A stretch of DNA of 64,000 nucleotides from Eledone cirrhosa (taxonomy: Eukaryota). The notes below the pieces were generated by a model, which searched no databases, had not been told where the DNA came from, and saw nothing but the letters and a program-made list of their open reading frames with translations. This document shows positions 45,001 to 54,800 of the stretch, one piece after another (position 1 is the stretch's first letter; the number at the start of each line of letters is the position of its first letter). The position numbers and the translations under genes were made by a program. The stretch spans positions 41,788,001 through 41,852,000 of the forward strand of contig OZ024750.1 of NCBI GenBank assembly GCA_964016885.1, written 5' to 3'.

Positions 45001-47320
45001 TAATGTAACAACTACAGCATGTGGTCATCATCATGTGTAGTAATGTGACAACTACAGCATGTGGCCATCATCATGTGTAGTAATGTGACAACTACAACAT
45101 GTGGTCATCATCATGTGTAGTAATGTGACAACTACAGCATGTGGTCATCATCATGTGTAGTAATGTGACGACTACAGCATGTGGTCATCATCATGTGTAG
45201 TAATGTGACAGCTAGAGCATGTGGTCATCATCATGTGTAGTAATGTGACAACTACAGCATGTGGTCATCATCATGTGTAGTAATGTGACAGCTACAGCAT
45301 GTGGTCATCATCATGTGTAGTAATGTGACAACTACAGCATGTGGTCATCATCATGTGTAGTAATGTGACAGCTACAGCATGTGGTCATCATCATGTGTAG
45401 TAATGTGACAGCTAGAGCATGTGGTCATCATCATGTGTAGTAATGTGACAACTACAGCATGTGGTCATCATCATGTGTAGTAATGTGACAGCTACAGCAT
45501 GTGGTCATCATCATGTGTAGTAATGTGACAGCTACATCATGTGGTCATCATCATGTGTAGTAATGTGACAGCTACGGCATATGGTCATTATCATGTGTAG
45601 TAATGTGACAGCTAGAGCATGTGGTCATCATCATGTGTAGTAATGTGACAGCTACAGCATGTGGTCATCATCATGTTTTGTAACGTGACAGCTAGAGCAT
45701 GTGGTCATCATCATGTGTAGTAATGTGACAACTACAGCATGTGGTCATCATCACGTGTAGTAATGTGACAGCTACATCATGTGGTCATCATCATGTGTAG
45801 TAATGTGACAACTACAGCATGTGGTCATCATCATGTGTAGTAATGTGACAGCTACAGCATGTGGTCATCATCATGTGTAGTAATGTGACAACTACAGCAT
45901 GTGGTCATCATCATGTGTAGTAATGTGACAGCTACAGCATGTGGTCATCATCATGTGTAGTAATGTGACAGCTAGAGCATGTGGTCATCATCATGTGTAG
46001 TAATGTGACAACTACAGCATGTGGTCATCATCATGTGTAGTAATGTGACAACTACAGCATGTGGTCATCATCATGTGTAGTAATGTGACAGCTACATCAT
46101 GTGGTCATCATCATGTGTAGTAATGTGACAGCTACGGCATATGGTCATTATCATGTGTAGTAATGTGACAGCTAGAGCATGTGGTCATCATCATGTGTAG
46201 TAATGTGACAGCTACAGCATGTGGTCATCATCATGTGTTGTAACGTGACAGCTAGAGCATGTGGTCATCATCATGTGTAGTAATGTGACAACTACAGCAT
46301 GTGGTCATCATCACGTGTAGTAATGTGACAGCTACATCATGTGGTCATCATCATGTGTAGTAATGTGACAACTACAGCATGTGGTCATCATCACGTGTAG
46401 TAATGTGACAGCTACAGCATGTGGTCATCATCATGTGTAGTAATGTGACAACTACAGCATGTGGTCATAATCATGTGTAGTAATGTGACAACTACAGCAT
46501 GTGGTCATCATCATGTGTAGCAATGTGACAGCTACAGCATGTGGTCATCATCATCTGTAGTAATGTGACAACTACAGCATGTGGTCATCATCATGTGTAG
46601 TAATGTGACAGCTACAGCATGTGGTCATCATCATCTGTAGTAATGTGACAGCTACAACATGTGGTCATCATCATGTGTAGTAATGTGACAGCTAGAGCAT
46701 GTGGTCATCATCATGTGTAGTAATGTGACAGCTAGAGCATGTGGTCATCATCATGTGTAGTAATGTGACAGCTACAGCATGTGGTCATCATCATGTGTAG
46801 TAATGTGACAGCTACAGCATGTGGTCATCATCATGTGTAGTAATGTGACAGCTACAGCATGTGGTCATCATCATGTGTAGTAATGTGACAGCTACAGCAT
46901 GTGGTCATCATCATGTGTAGTAATGTGACAGCTACAGCATGTGGTCATCATCATGTTTAGTAATGTGACAGCTACAGCATGTGGTCATCATCATGTGTAG
47001 TAATGTGACAGCTACAGCATGTGGTCATCATCATGTGTAGTAATGTGACAGCTACAGCATGTGGTCATCATCATCTGTAGTAATGTGACAACTACAGCAT
47101 GTGGTCATCATCATGTGTAGTAATGTGAAAGCTACAACATGTGATCATCATCATGTGTAGTAATGTGACAGCTTCAGCATGTGGTCTTCATCATGTGTAG
47201 TAATGTGACAGCTACAGCATGTGGTCATCATCATGTGTAGTAATGTGACAGCTACAGCATGTGGTCATCATCATGTGTAGTAATGTGACAGCTACAGTAT
47301 GTGGTCATCATCATCATGTG
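1..47320. repeat. 40-bp tandem satellite array, ~1,180 copies, continuing off the left edge
   Basis: Consensus ATCATGTGTAGTAATGTGACA(G/A)CTA(C/G)AGCATGTGGTCATC is repeated head-to-tail. Only three phase shifts are visible: 2-bp deletions near 17246 and 22004, and a 7-bp deletion near 27080. The ORF track has no ORF before 47261. Confidence 0.99.
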
Positions 47321-47515
47321 GTCAGAATGTCTAAAAAAAACAAATTGTTGGACAGATTTTACAGACCAAACCAGCCGGCAGGAGACATCCAAAAGCTTGG
47401 CTGGTCTCACTTGGGGATCCAGCTAGATTATTTGGAGACAGGACCTGCTGGAAGGCATGATTGGGGACTACCCCTTACGACTCTCCCAGAAATAAGTGGG
47501 CAAAGAAAAAAGTAG
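47288..47515 (+). mobile_element. Decayed 3' end of an RTE-clade (Rex3/Expander-like) LINE ORF, fused to the last satellite unit
   Basis: Translation across frameshifts gives HVVRMS..QIVGQILQTKPAGRR..IQKLGWSHLGIQ..W, typical of the post-RT C-terminus of RTE elements. It aligns by eye with 58676-58803 (shared TGGACAGATTTTACAG and CTTGGCTGGTC). Confidence 0.8.
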
Positions 47516-47559
47516 CTCTACAAATTCTACCAATTTTTGGAGACATATTGATTGTAATT

Positions 47560-47750
47560 TAAGCACAAGTGCAGCAAATTTGGGGAAGGGCAAAGTTGAT
47601 TATATCAACTCCCAGTACATGACTGGTACTCTAGTTCATTGTTGCAGGTATAATGATAGGCAAAGTAGACTTTGGTTGGATTTGAACTCAGAAGATGGAA
47701 AAGAGCTGCAATGGCATTCTTACTCAACGCTCTACTAATTCTACCAATCT
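47560..47750 (-). mobile_element. Degenerate tRNA-derived SINE with a Nin/Deu-like core
   Basis: Contains CCCAGTAC..ACTGGTAC, GGCAAAGT.GAC and ATTTGAACTCAG (reverse complement of a B-box-like GAGTTCAAAT). The same motifs recur at 59039, 60500 and 60627. Confidence 0.7.
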
Positions 47751-47865
47751 ACAAACAATAACCTCTCACCAATTATTCAAAGAACATAATTGAATTTAAT
47801 GAAGATTTCAATGAGTAAATTCACCTTGCACTTCTCTTTAGTTCAGCAGTTTTTCTCGATAAATG

Positions 47866-47925
47866 ATTGGCCAGTAAATTTAGCACATTATATTCTATTG
47901 GCTATAAATACACTGTTCCCATTGG
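47866..47925 (-). promoter_or_regulatory. Cluster of three CCAAT boxes plus a TATAAATA; possible promoter
   Basis: ATTGG at 47866, 47897 and 47921 (minus-strand GGCCAATCA, AGCCAATAG, GACCAATGG) and TATAAATA at 47903. Motif evidence only. Confidence 0.25.
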
Positions 47926-48117
47926 TCTAAACTAGGTCACTTTTGAGATCTGATTGATTATTCTTCAATCACCATATCTCCAAGCAGCAGATCTATAAAT
48001 ATAAGTTAAATAAAAATAATACTAAAAATAATAATTAATAAGTTTAAAAGAAAAAATCTCATAAACCTTAATTTCAGTTTAAACTCAGGAATATAAAATT
48101 TCAGTTTAAACTCAGTA

Positions 48118-48236
48118 TATAATTTAGTGTATAATTTAGTGTATAATTTAGTGTATAATTTAGTGTATAATTCAGTGTATAATTTAGCGTATAATTTAGT
48201 GTATAATTCAGTGTATAATTTAGTGTATAATTTAGT
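48118..48236. repeat. 12-bp minisatellite (TATAATTTAGTG), ~10 copies
   Basis: Directly visible tandem repeat. Confidence 0.95.
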
Positions 48237-48286
48237 TGCTATACTTTTACCCTGATAAGATATAAAACTGAGATAGATCTACTCTT

Positions 48287-48535
48287 CATCATCACCATCA
48301 TTATTTAACGTCTATCTTCTACACTAGCATGGGTTTAGAAGAGAAATTGTCCCACTTGAGGCAAGATTGGTCATCTCGCTCGTATGGGACTGTCTGGCAG
48401 GTTTTCTACGGCTGGATGCCATTCCTAACACCAACCACGTTTACAGTGTGGACTGGGAGGTTTTTACTGTGTTACCTACACGGCCACATTACAGCGTGGA
48501 CTGTGTTTTTTTTTTTTTTGTCGTGACACCTACAC
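48287..48535 (-). mobile_element. Ceph-domain-like SINE fragment with an RTE-derived 3' tail
   Basis: Reverse complement of 59610-59860: GTGGTTGGTGTTAGGAA.GGCATCCAGC.GTAGAAA core and AACCCATGCTAGTGT..GAC.TTAAA..(GAT)n tail. Confidence 0.75.
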
Positions 48536-48684
48536 AACCTCATTTATCTAGAACTGGATGTTGTGGTACCAACATAACATTATAGAGAAAGAGGTGGTGT
48601 TGATGGGGGTGGGGGTGGGGGACTTGGGTTAGTGGGATGGGGGAGTATATTTTTTATTAAGAGGTGCCTACTGACTGTAGGTTT

Positions 48685-49235
48685 CGCTTTGTACTTAGGC
48701 AAGGCGGGTCTTCTGTATTACTGCGTAGCGCCAAAGATCTCAGTCCAGTGACATTGTCTTAGAGAGGTGCAAGTGTGTAAGGTCGGAATTTATCAAATCG
48801 TCCCAGGTTTTTCTGGGTCTACCTACTCCGTAACTTCCCTCAATTTTGATCGCTCTACACTTTTTTATACAGCTGTCGTCTTTCATGCGCATCACATGAC
48901 CATACCAAGGTAGTATTCTCTCGAGAACAGCATCTGATCCCTCTTATACCTAATTTCTTTACTTAGTTCATTTATGCTTTGCCGTTCACGTATATTACTA
49001 TTACACATCCAGTGGAACATGCAGGCTTTGTTCCTGTCCAGTCTGCGCAGATCCTCTGCACACAATGCCCAGGTCTCACTGCCATGTAACATTGCTGTTC
49101 GTATGCAGGCATCATACAGTCTGCCTTTCATTTTTAGAGAGAAACCTTTAGTGGCCAATAGTGGTATAAGCTCTCTGAACTTTTTCCATCCCGTTCTGAC
49201 TCTGGCTACTGTACTTTCAGAGCACTCTCCATCTA
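48685..49235 (-). mobile_element. 5'-truncated, decayed RTE-clade LINE fragment (family 1)
   Basis: ORF 48892-49158 reads KGRLYDACIRTAMLHGSETWAL..DLRRLDRN, followed by the WYGHVMRM and GRPRKTW motifs. Homologous to 57948-58400. Confidence 0.9.
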
Positions 49236-49426
49236 CTATTTATTGAAAATAATAAACCTCAATCTTGGGCTCTTTGGCTCCGTTTAATAGAAGTGTTGTC
49301 AGTTCTAGATATACTTGCATTACAAGATCGGAACATCGGCGGCCCATCTGAGGAAGGAGCTCTGCGAGGTGGGGTGGCTTTTGCAGTGGGTGCTGCTAGC
49401 CATTGTCTGTGGGACGCAGCCCCATT

Positions 49427-49874
49427 ACATAACATTTACATTACTCTATATATACTATTGTATTTTCATGGTAAAGGCTTTACCTCACATAATATCTCAC
49501 ATAACATTTACATTACTCTATATATACTATTGTATTTTCATGGTAAAGGCTTTATTTACCTCACATAATTATCTCACATAACATTTACATTACTCTACAT
49601 ATACTATTGTATTTTCATGGTAAAGGCTTTACCTCACATAATTATCACACATAACATTCACATTACTCTATATATACTATTATATTTTCATGGTAAAGGC
49701 TTTACCTCACATAATTATCTCACATAACATTTACATTACTCTACATATACTATTGTATTTTCATGGTAAAGACTTTACCTCACATAATATCTCACATAAC
49801 ATTCACATTACTCTATATATACTATTATATTTTCATGGTAAAGGCTTTACCTCACATAATATCTCACATAACAT
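49427..49874. repeat. ~72-bp minisatellite, ~6 copies, left of the Tx1 insertion
   Basis: Unit CATTACTCTATATATACTATTGTATTTTCATGGTAAAGGCTTTACCTCACATAATATCTCACATAACATTTA starts at 49439, 49511, 49588, 49661, 49734 and 49806. Confidence 0.97.
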
Positions 49875-50084
49875 CTCGTATACGAGAGACGTGTGTTGAC
49901 GTGTGTGAACAAGCTCGGCTACCGAGTCGGATTTACTTACTCAAAAGTGAGTTTTGATTAATTTTTTTATACTGTAATATACGTTAACCCCTTGCCTTGG
50001 TCGTCAAACTTTGAGTTTATTTATTTTCGCCCCTTTTGGGGGCGAATTTTCCAGTTAAAAACTTATTACGGCAAACTAATAGAA

Positions 50085-51803
50085 ATGGACGGAATTTTCA
50101 CATCTCATCCTAACGTGAAAGCCACGCCCCCTAAGAAAGGTGATACAGAGAAGCTAGAAGCACAAGGCTCTAAGTCTTCCCTCCTCACTTCTGCAAAAGA
50201 AACATGGAACACGGAATTAAAAGAAAAATTTGTAAAAATGGGTGAAAACCCAGAAAGTCACATAAACGCAGACAAAAACAACAACGACAATAACAGCAAT
50301 AGTCACAACACCAACCAAGGAAAAAATAACGATAACACCAAACAAAGCGAACCCACTACTGGTGCCTCCTTTGCACAGGCGGTCCGGAAAACACAAACCT
50401 GCAAGCAACTGGACATTACAACTCTGAGAGAAAAGATGAAGGAAGCGAAACAGTATGTAACTTTCAAAGAAGGAGGAGACTTCACAATCACCTCCCCACA
50501 AGAAATCAAAAGAGACACGACGCTAAGAACGATATCTTTCAGAACAATTTCCAACATAACAAGGAAACCAGCTCAATTATCCCAAAAAGAGATTGAGCTG
50601 GTCCTAAAAAATGTGTGGAGTGATATATCGTTCATACAAAAAGGGCCACTCTATGGGAATATAACGGTCCTAATGAAGGATCAATTGACGGCCAGGAAAT
50701 ACTCTGTGGCGCCAATTGTTTCCAAGCTACATACATTTTTCCCCACATATTTAGGGAAAAGAACGCAGAAAATAAGGGTCTCCGGAATCCGGCCAAATGC
50801 ATGCATTTCCTGGGTACTAACAGGATTTTTAGAAGACGAGGACGGAATCCTCTCAGTAGGAGAAGTCACCACAGATGTTTTCGGCGGTTTGAGCGTGGAG
50901 GTTCTGGTCCAAATGAGACCAGAACGAATAGCTAGAATGCCACAGAGGGTGTCCCTCGATGGAGAAACATTTATATACATTTCAGCCGAGGGTAGGAGGC
51001 CCATATGTTACTACTGTTCAAGCAGGGGTCATCTAAGGGCTGCTTGTCCTCAATTGACAAAAAAAAAGGCTCTTTTGCCTACACCCCACACACCACCACC
51101 GCCACCACCACCACTACAACAACAACAAAAACAACACGGAAAAATAACACAAGACACGGCCCCACCCAAAACAACTCCCAAAACACACACAAATACAACA
51201 AAACCCCAAAATACACCACTACCCGACAGCACGGACGAGGACCCAGCTGAAACGGCACCTAGTGACGAAGAGGGGGAACCCTTCCAACCGGTAAAAAGGA
51301 AAAAAAGAAAGCACCACTCGAACATAAACGAAACAAACACACAACCACCAACAAAAACAAAACAAACAGAACAAACAAAATCCGCCCCACCCCAAAACAT
51401 AACGCATACAACAAAACGTAAGCACACACAAGAACAACAAACAAACACAACACAAATAAAACAGTATACATACATTAACACAAATAACAAAGAACTAGTA
51501 AAAACAATACACAAAGACCCTTCGGTGGAAACTGAAGGGCAATTCTTTGCAAGCGCGGCCAACAAACCGCATTTAAAAATGATAAGACTCCCAATGGACA
51601 CCTATGCAAAACTAAGAGAGAACTTTCCTGGGGACGTGGGGAAAACATGTACTCGACCCTATAACCGCGTCCTCTTGAAACGTTTCCCCACCCACATCTC
51701 ACCAAACACCCCCACTCCACCACAGAACAACACCCCACCAAACAACCCCTCCAATACGCCCATGGATATTGTGCAACCTGCTCCTCGGGAGCCGAACAGG
51801 TAG
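50085..51803 (+). CDS. ORF1p (gag-like nucleic-acid chaperone) of the Tx1-like element
   Basis: First in-frame ATG is at 50085 (the track opens at TTG 49992). Contains an SFAQAV motif, an RRM-like KIRVSGI segment, a CCHC knuckle CYYCSSRGHLRAAC, a basic KRKKRK patch and a low-complexity P/T/Q/K region. Confidence 0.9.
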   Translation: MDGIFTSHPNVKATPPKKGDTEKLEAQGSKSSLLTSAKETWNTELKEKFVKMGENPESHINADKNNNDNNSNSHNTNQGKNNDNTKQSEPTTGASFAQAVRKTQTCKQLDITTLREKMKEAKQYVTFKEGGDFTITSPQEIKRDTTLRTISFRTISNITRKPAQLSQKEIELVLKNVWSDISFIQKGPLYGNITVLMKDQLTARKYSVAPIVSKLHTFFPTYLGKRTQKIRVSGIRPNACISWVLTGFLEDEDGILSVGEVTTDVFGGLSVEVLVQMRPERIARMPQRVSLDGETFIYISAEGRRPICYYCSSRGHLRAACPQLTKKKALLPTPHTPPPPPPPLQQQQKQHGKITQDTAPPKTTPKTHTNTTKPQNTPLPDSTDEDPAETAPSDEEGEPFQPVKRKKRKHHSNINETNTQPPTKTKQTEQTKSAPPQNITHTTKRKHTQEQQTNTTQIKQYTYINTNNKELVKTIHKDPSVETEGQFFASAANKPHLKMIRLPMDTYAKLRENFPGDVGKTCTRPYNRVLLKRFPTHISPNTPTPPQNNTPPNNPSNTPMDIVQPAPREPNR

Positions 51804-51824
51804 GTCCTTCCTCTTTTAACCAAC

Positions 51825-54800
51825 ATGGCTGATATAAGAGTTGGGTGTCTGAATGTACGCGGCCTGGGACTGTCTTGGAAACAAGGCAAACTTTTAAACG
51901 ATCTCAGGTCGCATAGAATGGATGTAATGGCTATTTGCGAGTCCAGGATCAGCAGCGAGCACCAACTGGCGCCCCTCTTCGACGACTTTGAGAGCTTCGC
52001 ATCTCTCTGTCAACCGGGGGGTGGGGGTGGAGTTGTCGTTCTGCTGCGAAAACACCTGGGCCTCGCCATACAGAAGGTGCACCTGGACCCGGAGGGTCGA
52101 CTGGTGGTTTTAGACGTCGGCAGTAGTGAAAGTGGAGCCCTTAGACTAATAGCTGTGTACGCCCCTTTTTGGGCAGCGCGGCCGGAATACTTCCAACGTT
52201 TGGAAACTTTTCTGGGAACGTCCCGCTCCTTGCTTTTAGTGGGGGACTGGAATGGTATCCTGGATGCACGTTGGGACTATGTAGGGGCATGTGCCAATAG
52301 AGGGGGGTGTAAAAGCCTCTAAAGGTTAATCGGCCGATTTGACCTGGCCAATAGATATCGACTAGATTTTCCGACTGTACCACTATGGACGTGGACCAAT
52401 CGCAGTGGAACATCTAGGTCGTACCTAGATAGGGTTCTAGTTAGAGAGAAGGATAGGGACACATTTAGCTGTCCAAAAATGTTCATGGTTGACTATTCGG
52501 ATCACAAGTTAGTGACCTGCATAGCCAACCTTGATAGAACCCATAGACAGGGACCCGGTTACTGGAAGCTGAACTTGTCCTTACCGAGAAGCAAAGCTTA
52601 CAGTAAACGGATTAGCACGTTAGTTAAGCAGAGTTTGACAGGGGCAATTGTCAACAACAGGTGGTGGAGCTCTCTTAAGAGAGCAATTAGAATAGAATCG
52701 ATAGGTTTTAGTCAGGAATTAGCAAGGGATAGGAACAAGACGGAAAGGGAATTAGTAGATAGAGTAGAAGAGGCGATTAGGAGTGGAAATGTAGCCGGCG
52801 TGCTGGCATCAAGAATGGCCTTAGACCAGTTCTTTGAGGTGAAGCATGAAGGCTGCGTTGTCAGGAGTAAAATACGTGCTCTGGGTAATGAGGGAGCCAA
52901 AGCTGTGAGCTGGGCCCGAGTGACAGAGGCAAAAAGTGGGAACAAGTCCACGATTCGGTCTTTGAAGGACCAGGATGGGCGTGTGATCCTTGAACCTGGG
53001 CAGATGTGTGCGGCCTTTCAGCGGCACTTTGCACGACTGTTCGAGAGGAGCGGCGCGCCGGGTGAGACTATGGATTTCAATCCATACCTCGACGGTCTGC
53101 CGCGCCTCTCGGACGCGGAGGCGAAGTCCTGCGAAAGGACGATTTCAGCTGCTGAGATAGGTGCGGCGCTGAGCCAATGCGGCAAACGCAAATCCCCGGG
53201 TCTCGATGGTCTACCATACGAGCTATATGTAGCGATGCCGGACTTGTTCTCCGATATCCTCGAAGCGGTCTACTGCAACTGGCAACAGAACGGGAGAATT
53301 CCCAGTTCTGTGACCAAGGGCGTAGTTACGCTGGTGAGGAAGGATGAGAACAAGGGGGATGACATAAGTAACTTCAGGCCCATAACTCTGCTAAATACAG
53401 AGTTAAAGATTTTGGCCAAGGTGTTAGCGAAGAGGTTGGCGCTTGTCGTTGGAAACCTGGTGGGAGAAGCGCAGACATGCGTAATCCCGTCCAGGTCCAT
53501 TCACGACAATCTCCACCTTATGCGATACATCATAGAGAGGGTAGGGAATGAACCCGGCTCTGGTGGGGCCCTGATCAACTTGGATCAATCTAAAGCTTTC
53601 GATAGGGTTGACCATCGTTACCTGGATGCGGTGCTCGCGGCGGCAGGCTTCGGACCCGTTTTCAGGGGTTGGATTGCTGCGATGCACAGCAGCAACGTCT
53701 GCTCAAGGGTCAAGGTGAACGGCCACCTCTCGGAGCCGTTCCAAATCATGCGATCCATCCGACAGGGATGCCCTCTCTCCTCCCTACTGTATGTGCTGGC
53801 TCTTGAGCCACTACTGCGGAAGTTGGAGCGGTTGCAGGGCATCCCTTTGGAACCGGGATTGCAGAAAGCGGCGTCGGCCTACGCCGATGACGTGACAGTA
53901 ATGGTGTCGAAAACCTCGCAAATCGGTGAGATCGGCACCTTACTGGAGGAATATGAAAGGTTTACAGGAGCCAAGCTGAACCGGGACAAGTCCGTCGGTT
54001 TGCAACTCGGAACATGGAGAGTCAAACCGATGTCCTCCAACGACGTCGTCGGACGCTGGAAGGAGGGCCCGGTGAAGCTGCTTGGGGTCTGGTTCGGACC
54101 AGACCTCCAGGTGGAGAAAAACTGGAACGAGGTAACGGCCAGAGTGTTTGCACTCACCCAGAAGTGGGCCCAGTGCAAACTATTCCTGAAAGGTCGAGCG
54201 GAAGTGGCGAATACTTATATAGCATCCGTCATCTACTACCGCTTGACCGTCGTGCCTTGCCCAGTGAAAAGACTCGCCAAAATGGAGTGCGCGCTGTTCC
54301 AATTTCTTTGGAACAAGCGGACCCCTTTGGTGAGGAGATCCATCTGCTGTCAACACCCTTCGAAAGGAGGGCTGGGGATGCCGTGGCTACAGATGCGTAA
54401 ACACTCATTAAGGCTACGGCACCTCCAGGTATTCCTCACCGGTCAACCGGTGTGGGCCCCGTTTGTGAGGCGAGCCTTTCCCAGACTCGTCTCGCTCACC
54501 GAGCTGCAATCCTGGGTCAAGCAAAGACCGAGAAAAGTGGGCGACTGGCACATTGAATGTGCCCAGGCGCTCACGGCCCTCTGGAAAGCGGACCCGGCAA
54601 TCAGTGGAGACTCCACCTCGACATTCTATAGAGGGTTGGTACGCAGCAGGTGCGACGATGCTCTCGGAGAAGCTCTAGGCATGGAGGAAGATGAACTGGC
54701 CAGTCTGTTCGGTAGGACGTTTGGCCCTGGACCGATGGACAACTTCCAAAAGTCCCTGGCTTGGCAGTGCTACCGAGGGGCTCTACCCGTTCGAGACAAG

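Noticed and set aside
1-47320. CRISPR array or repeat-encoded protein
   Set aside because: Units are contiguous with no unique spacers and there are no cas genes. The 40-bp period is not a multiple of 3, the unit contains TAG/TAA/TGA, and the track shows no ORF here.
47261-47515. 84-aa ORF as a real gene
   Set aside because: It is a chimera of the last satellite unit and frameshifted RTE remnants, starting at GTG.
49293-49957. Overlapping short ORFs with repeated HNIYITLY / MVKALPH peptides
   Set aside because: These are translations of the 72-bp minisatellite.
52320-52479. Separate endonuclease and RT genes, or a programmed frameshift
   Set aside because: Both pieces are in the same frame and the APE motifs continue across the stop, so a point nonsense change is the simpler explanation.
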